Below are positions 16,994-30,992 of a DNA stretch of 64,000 nt, in pieces. The DNA comes from Eledone cirrhosa (lineage: Eukaryota). Position 1 is the first letter of the stretch. The number at the start of each line of letters is the position of its first letter. The translations under genes and the position numbers were made by a program. The notes beneath the pieces are model-generated. The model worked only from the letters and a program-made list of their open reading frames with translations. It made no database searches and was not told the DNA's origin. The stretch lies in contig OZ024740.1 in the NCBI GenBank assembly GCA_964016885.1, positions 362,576,001 to 362,640,000 of the forward strand. The letters run 5' to 3'.

Positions 16994-17165
16994 GTATAAA
17001 TGTTAAATTAATACAACTTCTATCTAAATTTTATTCACCTTTAAACTACAGAAATAAATTGCTTGGAAAAATCTTTGTAGCTTATTTCAAAATGCCAATT
17101 ACAATTGCATAAATGACTGCAATATTTCAGATCAAAACATATAACTAAGGTAAATACTAAACTAT

Positions 17166-17490
17166 CATGGCTGGGTGGTTATGGAGTTCGCTTCACAACC
17201 ATGAAGTACTAGGTTCAGTTCAACTGTGTGGCACCTTGGAAAAGTGTCTTCTATTACAGCCTCAGGCTGACCAATCTATTGAGTGGAATTTGGAAACTTC
17301 TGAAGTCCTCCATATTTACAACTGTGTTTGTGTTTATGTCACATAACTTAGCAGTCCAACAGGAAAGAGATAGATAAAATATGTATGAGACTTGTAAAAA
17401 AATGTATTGTGGTTGATATGATTGATTAAATGAAGGTGGTGCCCCAGCATGGCAGAAGTCTAATGACTGAACCAAGTAAAAGCTAAAAAA
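17166..17490 (+). mobile_element. tRNA-derived SINE with CR1-type tail
   Basis: A/B-box-like head; tail ggtgccccagcatggc...ctgaa..gtaaaag shared with the LINE end at 6641-6696. Confidence 0.75.
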
Positions 17491-17573
17491 TATAAATAAA
17501 ATGTCCTACACATTGGGAATAATACATTTTATAAAAAATCTTTTTGTTTGTTATAGAGATGTTTTATTTTTAA

Positions 17574-17807
17574 CCCTTTTGTTACTAAATTACTACCTAT
17601 AATTTTCAAATGATTTTGAAAACAATTAAGAATTTGGAGGAATTTAGCAAAAACAAACATTATTAAATATTATTAAACTGGTGTTTGAAGCATAACAAAA
17701 GTCATTACATGAAATTATGATGGTTCTTTTTAGATATAAACATTTAAAAATGAAGAGTTTGTATAATAGGACCAGGGGTAGTTTTAGGCAGTTTGGTATT
17801 AAAAGGG
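17574..17807. mobile_element. TTAA-specific (piggyBac-like) MITE
   Basis: TTAA|CCCTTTT...AAAAGGG|TTAA. Related decayed copies near 23171, 23457, 33160-33590, 39960-40208, 41701, 63168. Confidence 0.75.
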
Positions 17808-17811
17808 TTAA

Positions 17812-18580
17812 TGATTATAATAATAATGAAATTATTATGTACAGTGCTCAGGTGCACTACAACTCATCAAAGGGGCATGTATAGTACATAGAATAATGTA
17901 CAAATGTCAGGAAAATAAACAGTGTACGAGTCATGAAATACGTGTGCGTGTGTATGGAGGGGGAATATTAGGTGTAGCGTTGGTGAATCTCAGGAAGCAT
18001 GGAGGTTTTAAAGGATGCAGTGTCTCGACAGCTAACAACTGATGCAGGTAGTTTGTTCCATGCTTCAGCAACTGTGAGCATGAAAAAATGTTTCTGAAAG
18101 TCATGGGAGCTGTGCTGTTTTCTGACTTTGTAGGCATGTCCACGTGTGTTAGACACATGGAAATCAAAAAGGTACTCAGGGTTGTTGTTGGCAAGATGGT
18201 TAATAATTTTATGGGTGTTTACCAAGTCAGTTGCCAGACGTCAGAGCTTCAATGTATCCATGCCCAGGGAAGCACGGTGTTCAGAGTATGGTAGATTCCT
18301 GATGGAGGGTATTCGCTTGGTTGCACATCCCAGGCAGTCAATATTCCGAGCAAGATAGGGGTGTGGAGGGACTATGTGGACGCTGGGTTTTTCCTGCCAA
18401 AATGCATAGTGGTACACTTTTCTACAGCCAGCTTGAGTTTCCAGTCCGTGATCCATTATTGCATTGTGTCCAGGTCAGATTGCAGGAAAGATCTATAGTG
18501 TTCAGGATCTGTCCTTTTTATCTCAAGGTACAGTTTGATGTCATCTGCATATTTCAGTACTGTGGCATTCTTTAAGTTGG
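17812..18580 (-). mobile_element. CR1-type LINE 3' fragment, internally deleted and frameshifted
   Basis: ATKRIPSIRNLPYSEHRASLG..DLVNTHKII..NTRGHAYKV..FFMLTVAEAWNKLPASVV; (ATT)-rich tail. Confidence 0.85.
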
Positions 18581-18789
18581 CATCTATATAAAACTAAGAT
18601 TCAAATTGTAATAGATGCACTGTATACAATTCCATAAATATATCTCAATTTTATATTTTAAAATAAAATTTGTTAAGTGAAAAATTGATATTTTACAAGA
18701 AATATATGGTTACCACTGCTCCCACTATCATACTCTCACCCACCTTTACTGACTCCCTCCACCCTTCCAATGATACAATATTCTCTGTA

Positions 18790-19062
18790 CTGTTGATGAC
18801 ACTATGAAATGCATGCAGTATACCCTGTGAATATTAGTGATGGGACCACAATAAGATGCATCTAGTACGCCCTGTAATGTGACTGACTTTCGGAAGGGCA
18901 TCCAACTATAGAAATTGTGCTAAGAATGGTACGTATGAGCAAGAAGTTATCCCCCTGACCTCATTCTCTCTCAGATCTTGACAGCCCAGTTAACTCATGT
19001 CGGCATAAAAAATGAACGTAAAACAAGGATGATGACTTTAACACTAACAATGATGATGATGA
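18790..19062 (+). mobile_element. Old RTE-tail element
   Basis: ggaagggcatccaactatagaaa ... aacgtaaaacaaggatgatg. Similar decayed copies at about 20780, 22880, 35871, 37600, 40930, 42270, 47280. Confidence 0.65.
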
Positions 19063-19101
19063 CATGCTCTACAACAGCCAACTTTTTGTTGTGTTTTTCA
19101 G

Positions 19102-19153
19102 AAATATTAATCGTAAACTCCAAGATGATAAGGATGAAGCTGAAGCAAGGCGG
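19102..19153 (+). CDS. CRACR2A: Host gene exon: (R)NINRKLQDDKDEAEARR
   Basis: gtgtttttcAG acceptor, GTATAT donor, phase 2 to 0; continues the similarity (RERNKHLRDERD). Confidence 0.8.
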
Positions 19154-20344
19154 GTATATATACATTTATGATACAAATAAAACACTCACCATGAGTGCTT
19201 TTTTTCATAATGGCTTTTAAAACAATGTTTGCACTTAACTATTTTTCAGAAAATACATTTCAGATATTTCTAATTCGAGAATTTTATATGTAACAGTTAT
19301 GGCTTTGCTTCTGCAGTTTTAATATATCATGTTTCAGTATCTCTGTCCTTTGTGTCATGAATGGTAGTTTATTTTAACTCTTAACATCTTATCATAATTT
19401 AGCAGAAAATACCTAAAAACATATCTGTTAATTCAACGTTTTATATAGTGTCTTTACATGTGGACACATCATTGTGAAAATATGCAGTATTTGAGTAAAG
19501 ACTTTAATTTCTAATATGATGCAGAACGATTTTTTTTCTAAAAATAATGTTGTATATGCAAAGCAGTTGATTAACACTTAACATCCTATAAATGATTTAG
19601 CAGAAAATATTTAAAAACTGGTTTGTTAATTCGAATCATTATAGTATCTTTACTAGTAGATAAATCGTTATGAAGATTTTCAGTATTAGAGCAATTTTTA
19701 TTGGGATTCAGTCATAGTGCTGTTGTATACTTTTCATAAATATCTTGTAAATGCTATTTCATGTGGTACAGGATGTTAAGTGTTAATATAGTGTTTTTCA
19801 ATATCATTTATGTCATAAATGCTATTTTATTTAAATAGTTCTGATGAAATTAGCTTTTATTCTGTATATAAAATATTCTCAAGTTTTACAATATTAGAAC
19901 CATGTTTCTCACCATGATCATTGGATGGAGGGGTTGCTGAATTCTTGGTATTTGTAGGGTCTAAGTTAGCCTATTTTTTCCCAAATCTCTACAAAAGCAT
20001 ATTGTTATTGGATTGCCCTTTTCTTTCAGTGTTTGAAGCCCTAGACAGATTTAATTTGGTGAGCCACATCAATCTCTTTAACACATTCACTATTGTTGTA
20101 AACAGTGTATGTGCATGTTTCTGTGTTCTGCATTAATTACAGAGTTTGTTGGGTTTTTTACCCTAAGTTATAAAAGATACATGATATTTACAATGACAGT
20201 TGATTTCATGTAATTATCCAATTAACTAGCTGCTTATATCTCTGATCTAATAATTATCTAAACATTAAAGCATGCAATTTTAGTCACAACAATTTATCAT
20301 AATTATGATGAAATAAGCTCAGTTTAACATTTTCCATATAAATG

Positions 20345-20600
20345 TGTGGAGGTGCGTGGTCTAGTACTTAAGTTGTTGGTTTCATGACTGTAAGGTCATG
20401 AATTTGATTTCCAGATTGTGTAACATGCCGAATCACTGAACAAGGAACCTCATTTCATGTTGCCCCAGTTCACTCAGCTGAAAATGAGTATTAGTGACAA
20501 GTGAGGTTTAGTCCTGCAACAGACTGGCATTCTGTCAAATGGGGAATTTTATATTTTGAGTGGTTTAATGCTAATGAAACTGGAATAGCTGCTGGCTTTG
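20345..20600 (+). mobile_element. Old tRNA/CORE-like SINE
   Basis: ggaggtgcgtggtctag head, cactcagctgaaaatgagta core; relatives at 36840-37098 (+), 38950-39100 (+), 43718-44010 (-). Confidence 0.65.
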
Positions 20601-23600
20601 TTAAGTTCATGAAAGCTTGGAAAAATGAATGTAAAATAACTCATCAAATATTCTCATATATTATTTACAGATCTGAGAATTTTGACACACATAGATTTTC
20701 AAACATTGATGGTTATATTTTCAATGTTTCAAATTAGCATTGATAAGTTGTTTCAAGGGCTTGAAAGTTTTTCTAGTGTTAATGACACTATATGATACAC
20801 CCAGTGCACTCTATTAAGTGCTGGAACATATGTGAGATGCAGGGCCCCTGGCTTGTCTGAGAGGTCTGTGGCTTTGATTAAATACTGACTTGCTCTGTGA
20901 CAACCCATCCAACCCTTGCCAGCAAGGAAGAATAGGCAGTAAATGATAATGATGATGATGAGGAGGTGGATGTCGCATTGTGCAGGTTTATGATCAAAAG
21001 CATTTCAACTGTTACCATCCATTATTCTAGGAGTATTTAGTACTACATGGTATGGTGTGTGCTTCACATGTAGTGTTTAGGAAATTTGGCTGCTATCTTC
21101 AGCAAGACAAATGACCATGTAGAAACTCTCTTATTGGTTTCTAAATAATGTTGTTACTATTAACAAAATCAAACTTTATATTTAAAAAAGGCTAGGATGT
21201 AATCACATTTACAGTACACACCTATGCAGGTTTTCTTGACTCATGGGTTTCTTGTGTATTACAGCTTACACCTATGAAGGCTTAGCTGGCCATCTGCAAG
21301 ATTGTATCTGATAGGAGGTTTTATGGGTGTTCCAATGACAGGGGCTATAGTCCTTTTATGGAAAGCAATATAAAATGAAGCATCTTGTTCAAGAACACAA
21401 AACAAATCCTGGCTAAAAATCAAACCCAAACCGTTATAATCATGAGTCCAACACTCTAGCCACTCAGTCACACATGTATTACTCTTGTTCATTGCTATTA
21501 GAACTTTCTGTATTTTCGGATGCATCCAAAATACCATGATTTGATTATATATGTTAAAGTGCATGTCTAAATACCATTAAAGAGGATTTTATTTTTATTT
21601 TAGAATGTTCAAACTAAGCATGATTTCATTTTAAAATATTTTTGATAGTTATGAAAATTTTCATTCTTTCTGTTTATGCTTAGTTTGAAATTAGTATCTC
21701 TGCTCTTCAGCATGTTAACTGGTTTTATTCACTTCTTTTTATCTAGCTTCATGTTGTATCTTTGAGCACAACACTTTATTTATGTTGCTCCAGTTCACAC
21801 AGATATAAGAAATAATGAGTTGCAATAACACTGGTGCCAAGCTGCATCAGCCTCTTCCTTTCTCTTGGATGGCATCAGTAGCTTGAAGAAGTGAAACTAG
21901 TATGCATGGGTGATTGCTGGTGTTCTACTACATCACCTTTCCCGGGCTTATACCTTGGAAAGGATCTGTCCAAATGCAAATTCATTGTCAGTTATGTCCA
22001 AGGAGAGCCTTCAATCTATCTAACTTCATCAATTCTTCCCAGAGTTATTGTCTTGTCGAACAAATTATATTTCCAACTGATGTATGTGGTTTTATTTTTC
22101 TCATGTTTTTTTTTGCATCCTTTATATATTTTGTAAAGGTTAACACAAGTTATAGCTCAGGGCGTTTTGATGTTTTAAAGAAGAAACCTAGTTAGCTATA
22201 CCATTCCTTCTTGGCTGTTTTACAAATATCTGGTTTCTATCACTGGTTGTCAGTGATTGTTATTCCTAAAATTTGCATTCGAGTGGAAATGTATTATTCT
22301 TGAGAAAAGAGGATATGTAATGGAGTGAGGGTTTTAATGTCTAAGTTTTGTCTCTGCCAAGGTTCCAGTGTAAGATATTTTGGTAATCTCTATATGTGGA
22401 TAACTCTATCCAGGTAGGAAATATTGTAGATGAAACTTATGTATGACAAGGGAAATGAGTGTGTCAAGTAATTTTAATAATTTGTTACACATAATTAAAA
22501 ACTTTAGTGGTATGAATTGTAACACATTTTCCTTTAATAAGTTCAACATTAGCAAGAGATAGATAATCACTCTGTTATGTGAGAGAGAAAATTTTCTAAG
22601 GATTTGGCTGTCCATACACTTTACTAGTTAGTACCTTCTAAGTTTGGAAAGAAAGAGATTCAGTATATTGTAATAGAAAATTAGTAATAATCATTTATAT
22701 AATTAAAGCATTATTAGATGTTAACAATAATAGACTTGTATTTTACAAGACTAAAGAGATTACTTCTCTTGAAAATAATGCTAAGTATAATTTAATCAAT
22801 TGGTTTGAGGGAAAGTATTAGAGATATTTATATAACTTTATATTTATCCATGCCAAGCCTTGCCAAAAAAGAATGTGACAATAAAATACACCTAGTATAC
22901 CCAGTAAAGTGATTATTGATAAGAAGGGCATCCAGTCATAGAAAACACACCAAACAAAAGTTAGTGAGAACTCTGTAGTTGTATCAAAGATATGAGAACC
23001 CTTCTATGTATGGAGCCTTCTGTAGTGTGGGGAATGTGTGAGATGTGGCCACTGACCCATCTGAGAGACAAGTGGTTTAGATTATATACTGACTTGATTT
23101 GTGATGACTCATCCAACTCTTGCTAGCAACGAAAATAGATATTAAAGGATGAAAATAATAATAAATTGATTTAACCCTTTCTTGACCATATTTCTAAAGA
23201 CATACACTCAATTTCCATTATTTAATGAATAATTTTAAGGGATTACTAAAATTATTAATTAGTTCAGTATGAAGATAGTAACTTAACACATGGTTCTTAC
23301 ATAAAATTATGTTGGAAGATTTTAATTTAATTAGAAATCCTTTAACATGGGTGATTTTGTTTTATAGAATCAGAGCTGGTTTTGGCTGGCTTGGTATCGA
23401 AATGGTTAGATTAGATTTATTCAATCTAACACAGATTCTTTCAGTTTCCCTTTGCATTAACCCCTTTGATACCAAACTGCCTGAAACCATCAGCGGTTCT
23501 ATGATATCAAACAGTTTGTTTTAAAATTCTTATAGTTATCTAAAGACCTTCCATCCTAATTTTACACAAGAACCTTTAAGCTATGCTCCAAGCACTAGAT

Positions 23601-25287
23601 TAATAGTGTCTAGAAAATTGTCAAATGTAAAGAAAATTTATATTTAAGATAAGATTTTAAAAAATGCTATGTTTCTCTGGTTTAGAACAGCTACACTGCA
23701 ACTAAAAGAGTTGGTGCCAAGAAAAGTATCCTATCATAAAGCATTGCCAGAAAGGGTACCCCATGATGAGTATGAATAACCCTTGCTCAAACAGTGAAAA
23801 ATGGCCTTAAAATTCTCATTGGTTTTTAGTTGTAGGATTTTAAAACCAAAAACATTTTCGCCCCCAAATAAATGTTTAAAAGACAACAGTTATATTTTGT
23901 ATATTAGTATTGTCCATTCTATGGTCCCTTAATTCTTGATGGTGTCATAAAGAGGGCATCATTACATGTCTTTGGTATTTCTATCTGGCCCACATTTCTC
24001 AGCTGATTTCTTTCAGAGAAAGAGTGTGAGGGAAAGTGAGAAAGAGATATAGAGGAAGAATCTAGCCCAGTGCTTTATTTCTCAAACTTAAAAAGAAGGC
24101 AAGGTTGACTCTGACAGGATTTTAACAGATAAGTGCCAGAATGAATAACACAAATAATTCTCTCCAACATTCTACCAACTCTGCTAATGGGTCACCTACA
24201 TAACTCTGGCTGATTAACTGTGAAGATTAAACAGTTAAACCCGAACTATATGACCCCATAATATAAGCATGATTACTAATTTATATCAAATATGAATTTT
24301 ACCATTGCCTGGTAGATATGAAAAGGGAAATCAAATGCACATGTTTTTTGTTGGGGGGTGTCAATAATTTTAATTTAAATAACCAATTTGATTCCAATTA
24401 AAATTAAATTCAAACTTCAGCTGGTTCAACTGCATGTGTTCGATAATCTTAAATCCTAACTTGAAATGTTTTTAAATAATATATTCAGAACTTACACCAA
24501 TCTAAATTAATAAGTCTTTATTTTCTTACTCTTTTATGAATTACAATAACTTTTATTTTAAAACTATTTTTTTCTAAATTTGTTATATTCTGAAGGTGGG
24601 TATATATTTCTCTCACTCTCTCTTTCTCTCTCTCTCTTACTCTCTCTTTCTCTCTCTCTCTCTCTCTGTATACACACATACACACACACACACATATATT
24701 TGAAACTATGTTTGCTTTCTTGGTTAGCCTTTACAATGCAGATAATGATAAATATTAGCTGAATACATCAGATAAAGTACCACCGATATAGAGAAAAGTG
24801 GACAAAAATATTTGCAGGAATTAAACTACGCATCTGCCATTTATTAGGCGACTGTATTTAGGCATTATTTATCTTCATTGTGGAGTTTTTACAAAAAAGA
24901 CTACATATTTAAAATTTTTTTATTTCCCAATGCTTTGTACACGAGACACCCCTCCCCCTCTCCATATATAGAAAATGTAAGAGAAACACAAACATAAGAA
25001 CAATTCCCGCTCTTCGGCTGTCTACTGAAGGGTCACTGATGTTTCGACACATTAAAGACAGTACATCTCACAACAATGTGTTAATAACTAAGAGGAATAT
25101 TTTTTAGGGGAGAAAACAACAAAAAAACAAAACAGAGACGATAGTGAAGAGAACAATATAAAAAGAAAATAAACAGAAGAAAAACATACCAATAGAGACG
25201 GGGGAGGAGGGAATACGAGACAGTAGTACGTTTTCTAAACAATATTTATTAGTAACCACACAGCACCTTTGTCACTTTTAATATATA

Positions 25288-25341
25288 TCATCATCATCAT
25301 CATCCTCGTTTAACGTCCATTTTCCATGCTAGCATAGGTTG
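25288..25341 (-). mobile_element. Ultra-short RTE 3' tail insertion
   Basis: (TCA)n cctcgtttaacgtccattttccatgctagcataggttg; similar at 56262-56316 and 58447-58502. Confidence 0.8.
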
Positions 25342-25378
25342 TATGTATATATATGTATATATACATGTATATATATAT

Positions 25379-25971
25379 GTTGGTGCTACTGGTAACATGT
25401 ATTCCAGTACAACCTGTCCCATGGTCGGGTCGTTGGCGACTAAACTGGCAAACCCACCAAGGTTTCTTGGTGAGGAGGGTGACTTTGGACATCCTGCAGG
25501 ACTAAAAACAAAACCTGTCAAAGGCAAAGGAGCTCTTAAGAGTCAATGGCCATCCAAAATCACCGGGGGAGATGACCCCTTAGCCTTTGTCAAGGCAGAA
25601 TTCTAGGAGAAGGAAAACTCTGATATAACACCTGCAACCCTGATGGTATCCAATGATGTTGACTTGTTCTTCTTTTTGGTAAATATCATCTTTGTTAAGA
25701 GAGTGGGACTGGCTTTGTGCAGTGCCTTTGCTCACTATAAAAGCTTCACGGCACAGGCATTACTTTATATCTGGAGATCTCTCTGCACTTGTCATCACAT
25801 GGTACCATGGGCCCAGCACTATGTGTCAATAATTGTCACAAGTGTATTGTTTTTACTAGAGTTTTCAAGTCGCTGGCTGGACTAAAAAGTCAGTCGTTCA
25901 GCGCATTGGTAGGGGTTCTCCTACATGGATATAAAGTAGTGGCCGTACTCGAAAACGAGTTGCCAGCCACC
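25379..25971 (+). mobile_element. Second copy of the bipartite non-autonomous RTE derivative
   Basis: Highly similar to 11262-11853; terminal hairpin actcg-aaaa-cgagt intact. Confidence 0.85.
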
Positions 25972-26108
25972 ATATATATATATATGTATGTATATATATA
26001 TGTATATATATATGTATGTATATATATATGCATATACATGTATATATATATGCATATACATAGATAGATATACATATATATATATATATACATATATATA
26101 TATGCATA

Positions 26109-26149
<41 letters not shown>

Positions 26150-26189
26150 TCATACATGCATATATATATATATGTATATATATATATAC

Positions 26190-26220
<31 letters not shown>

Positions 26221-26265
26221 CATGCATATATATATATATATATACATGCATATATATATATATAC

Positions 26266-26349
<84 letters not shown>

Positions 26350-26600
26350 GCATATATATATATATATATATACATGCATATATATATATATATATACATG
26401 CATATATATATATATATATACATGCATATATATATATATATATACATGTGTATATATATATATATATACATGCATATATATATATATATATACATGTGTA
26501 TATATATATATATATATATATACATGCATATATATATATATATATATACATGCATATATATATATATATATATATACATGCATATATATATATATATACA

Positions 26601-26647
<47 letters not shown>

Positions 26648-26797
26648 GCATATATATATATACATGCATATATATATATACATGCATATATATACATACA
26701 TGCATATACATATATATACATACATGCATATATATATATATATATACATGCATATATATACATACATGCATATATATATATATATATACACATGCTT

Positions 26798-26820
<23 letters not shown>
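25972..26820. repeat. Compound (TA)n-CATG(C) microsatellite
   Basis: Direct inspection. Confidence 0.97.
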
Positions 26821-26828
<8 letters not shown>

Positions 26829-27865
26829 ATACATTAATATATATGATAAACACAAATCGTGTTTGCATTGTAACAGACAAAGTTAGCTATCAATGAAATA
26901 AACTAATTAAAGTGAATACAATTTGTCTGTCTCGATATATGTCAATAAAGACAAGCTTATATTGGCAAAAGCCGTGATTCCTGGACAAATCTAAATTTCA
27001 AAATCCAAACCCGCTCCGTAGATGAATTTGAACTTCGAAACCTAAATATGTTTCGCAACGATGGTACATGAATTGAAAAATAAAGAGAATCGAAATGGAA
27101 TTGAAATAAAAAGTGAAATATCCAAATCTTCTGTGCTTATCAACAGGAATCCAGTAAAATTAGTATATTCCACCATCAAAAATTTTGCAGGTCTGACTAC
27201 ACGTGCGTGTAGCCAGCCAAACTAGCCGTCCCGCATTCCCGGTGCTAGAAATAACAGCCGTTTATACGGGATTAAAGATCAGTTCTACAGTTAAGGAGCA
27301 CTATACTATATTATATTTTGAGATTAAACTCTCAGTCGTTTACAATTAATCAGCTCCAAGAAAGAGGCATTTCCGAGCAGTTAAATACATGTTATACATT
27401 AATATATATTATAAACACAAATCGTGTTTGCATTGTAACAGACAGAGTTAGCTATCAATGAAATAAACTAATTAAAGTGAATACAATTTGTCTGTTTCGA
27501 TATAAGTCAATAAAGACAAGCTTATATTGGCAAAAGCCGTGATTCCTGGACAAATCTAAATTTCAAAATCCAAACCCGCTCCGTAGATGAATTTGAACTT
27601 CGAAACCTAAATATGTTTCGCAACGATGGTACATGAATTGAAAAATAAAGAGAATCGAAATGGAATTGAAATAAAAAGTGAAATATCCAAATCTTCTGTG
27701 CTTATCAACAAGAATCAAGCAAAATTAGTACATTTCACCATCAAAAATTTTGCAGGTCTGACTACACGTGCGTGTAGCCAGCCAAACTAGCCGTCCCGCA
27801 TTCCCGGTGCTAGAAATAACAGCCGTTTATACGGGATTAAAGATCAGCTCTACAGTTAAGGAGCA
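26821..27865. repeat. Direct tandem repeat, 565-bp unit, about 1.85 copies
   Basis: 26821-27300 recurs at 27386-27865 with few substitutions. Confidence 0.95.
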
Positions 27866-28561
27866 ATGCATATATATATATATATATACATGCATATATA
27901 TTAACTACTTCAAACTATCCTCTTGCTTTATCTTCGTAAACTACCAATGTTGTATTTTAACTTTAATTTTGTCCTTTAATATGACTTTAATCTTTGAATG
28001 TAAATTGCCATGCTAAAATATTATAATGGATGTCAACCCACTGTGCATCAATATATACATATGTTTCTATATGTCTCTTGTGTTGGAAAGGAGGTCAAGT
28101 ATGTAAAAAATCATTGAAAAATTGCTCCGAAGACTCCAAACCTCGGTTTGGAAGAAACAATTGTAAGCGAATAAATGGTTTAAACAGAACTTTGATTCAT
28201 GTAATTTCTATATAACTGCTCTGTAGAACAACTGATGTTGTTACATTGAGCTATTTATCTTACTGATAATAAGGTAGTAATAAATTACTGTCTTTCACTA
28301 TTTAGGGTTTAAAATATATATAACTATAAAAGGTTTTAGTATATACATAACCATAAATAGTATCCTTAATACTATATATATACACATGCATATATATATA
28401 TATATACATATATATACACACGCACACGCACACGCACACGCACACGCACACACACACACACATAGATATATATACACACACAAAATAGATGTAATATTTC
28501 TTTAAATATTTTAATTATCTTAAAAATTGGCAATTTGTCATTTGTCCATCAATATTGCCAG

Positions 28562-28597
28562 GAACAGATGTTGAGTCTGCAGGAAGAATTGTCAGAG
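28562..28597 (+). CDS. Putative 36-nt symmetric micro-exon: EQMLSLQEELSE
   Basis: ccAG acceptor, gagGTATTT donor, phase 0 to 0, helical-looking peptide; skippable without frameshift. Confidence 0.55.
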
Positions 28598-28958
28598 GTA
28601 TTTCACAATTGTAATGATCTTGGATATGCATGGGTTTACTTTCTTTTCAAAAATTCTTTCAGAAAATATTTCCTATTTTGTTTATATTATCCTTTTTATA
28701 GTAACTACAATGAGTTATTTCTAACCATTGTTATCAATTCCTCTTAAAATTTTCCACTTTAGGTATTTTATTATTTATCAATATTTTTGGATGCAAAAAC
28801 TATTCTGGTGATTTGGCTTTTACTTTATTTTTCATTAATTTTAAAACGGAACAAATGTAGGTTTTTTTTTTTCTTTTCAGTCTGTGGCCCTTAAGAGTTT
28901 TTGGGAAGCAAGACCACTGATGAGATTTCATTTGTGAGATTGCTTACTTATTCTAGTG

Positions 28959-29304
28959 AATAGGTTCTCAAAGTGGGAGCTATCGCCCCCTTGGGGGGCA
29001 TTGAGAAGGTCCAGGGGACATTGGGGCCTAAGGAGGCAGTGGGTTGTGGTGGCAGGAGTGGTAGAGATGATATAATAGTATATTAAGTATCAAATGATAC
29101 ATATTATATATAAATATATGAAATAAAAATATATAATATTAATTTATACATAGTATATATTATATTATTTATTATATATAAATCAATGATTTAATTTATT
29201 ATATATTATTTACAATTTGCGCGGAAATAGGGTTGGGGGTGCTGAGAATATTACATGGTCATGAGGGGAGGGTGGGGCGTGGCCCCAAAATTTGAGAACC
29301 TCTG
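28959..29304. mobile_element. hAT (Charlie/Buster-like) MITE
   Basis: 8-bp TSD TTCTAGTG (28951-58, 29305-12); TIR aataggttctcaaa / tttgagaacctctg. Confidence 0.85.
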
Positions 29305-29575
29305 TTCTAGTGTATCAACCTCACTATCACCCACAGTAAGGCTATGAATGTCTTGGCTTGCCTCAAACAAATTATTAGGGAGGAACACCAGCTCCCCTGT
29401 TGTGACATGTAGTTGAGTGTATGTCCTCTTTTATCTGCATTTTGTTTTCTCTCTTTTTTGTTACTATTTTTCTATTCTGTAATTGTTAATCTTTTGATAA
29501 TTTATGTAAATAAAATAAAACAATTTGTGCCGTATATAGTATTTCAAAATATAACAGTTTATTACTTAGTTGTAA

Positions 29576-29659
29576 AAAAAAATTACCACATCAGAGGTCC
29601 AATAAAATATGACAATATTATGTCATATTTTATTGGACCTCTGATGTGGTAATTTTTTT
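29576..29659. repeat. Perfect inverted repeat, 39-bp arms, 6-nt loop
   Basis: aattaccacatcagaggtccaataaaatatgaca-atatta-tgtcatattttattggacctctgatgtggtaatt plus flanking A/T runs. Confidence 0.95.
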
Positions 29660-29835
29660 AAAGTAACTTTAAATATAAAGTATATCTATAGCCACTTATA
29701 TATCTTATGCTAATTATAATGAAATTATAAAAAGATTGGCATAACACCTGTCAAAAATGACAGGGTGTATTTTTTTTTAAATGTTTAATAATTCCTTGAT
29801 ATTTTGTGTGAAGAAGCTTGGAAGAATTATTATTT

Positions 29836-29876
<41 letters not shown>

Positions 29877-30812
29877 GAATTGACTGCAAATAGACATAGA
29901 CCATTTTCTTCATTCAGTGCGAACCTCTTTTGATGAACATTTTAAAGTAGCCTTTAAAACATTTTGTAATTGTTCATATTGCATGACATGGTTGTCAATA
30001 TATTTTATGAAAGGTAAATATTCACAGAAAGAATGTAGAATAAACATCATCATAATTTTTGCTCACCTTAAAGTTATGCTCCCCAAAGTAAATTTAAGGC
30101 TATGCTCTAAAATAATGTTACTCACAAGAAGTAAGAGTACAAAACATATGTTCCCCATAAGTTTGAATGTCAGTTTACTTTTGAAATAATAGAATATTTT
30201 AGCCTAATTGTTTTGTTTTTTTCTATATTGGCATTTATTTTTACTTTTATATATTTATTTTTCATATCCACAATATTTTCATTTTTTGCACATTGGTGAA
30301 TTTGTTTTGAACCTTTATTTTTATTATATCTCTTTATATTTTTCTATTCTACTGAGTTTGTTTATTTTGTAATTGGTGGTCAAAATGAATTAAAATATTA
30401 TTGATTAATACCTACTGCAAATTGTTTATATGCTACATGAGATATTAAAACAGGTTTGGTGATTTGTATTTGCTTTGTATTTAATACAGAGTTGTTAAAA
30501 ACGATAGTGAAGGCACATTGTATCCTTGAGCAAAACACTTTATTTTTCATGTTGCTTCAGTCTACTCAGCTGGCAAAAATAAGTTGCATCTGTAATTAAA
30601 AGGGTCAAAATTGTCACACAGTCATGCTGAATCTCTCTGATGACTATGTTAAGGGTACATGTGTGTGTGTGTGGAATGCTAGTCAAACATTAGTTTCATT
30701 AGTAGACTGATTCATTGATCAAACAATTGGAACACTTATTGGCAGAGGAAAATGATAATACATTCTATACCCAGGAAATTAATTATAGTTTAAATTTAGA
30801 AACAAATTCATT

Positions 30813-30992
30813 GGTGGATTGGCAGTATCGGTAGAGAGTGGGACGCCATGCTTTCCAGCACGTCCCTTTATGGTCTGAGTTCAAATCCCACCGAGGTTCA
30901 CTTTGCCTTTCATCCTTACGGGGTCGATAAAATAAAGTACCAGTAATGTACTGGGTAATTGCTGGCCGTGTGCCAAAAAAGTAGAAACAATT
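30813..30992 (+). mobile_element. tRNA-derived SINE with Meta-domain-like core
   Basis: tggcagtatcgg A box, gagttcaaatcc B box, gcctttcatccttacggggtcgataaaataaagtacc core. Confidence 0.85.

Noticed and set aside
22200-22700. Possible decayed Penelope or other retroelement ORF (also 42740-43250, 44020-44390)
   Set aside because: Too degraded to assign by eye.
25016-25090. Hammerhead-like pieces (ctgaagg on +; hairpin plus GAAAC-atca-GT on -)
   Set aside because: No strand has both core halves in order.
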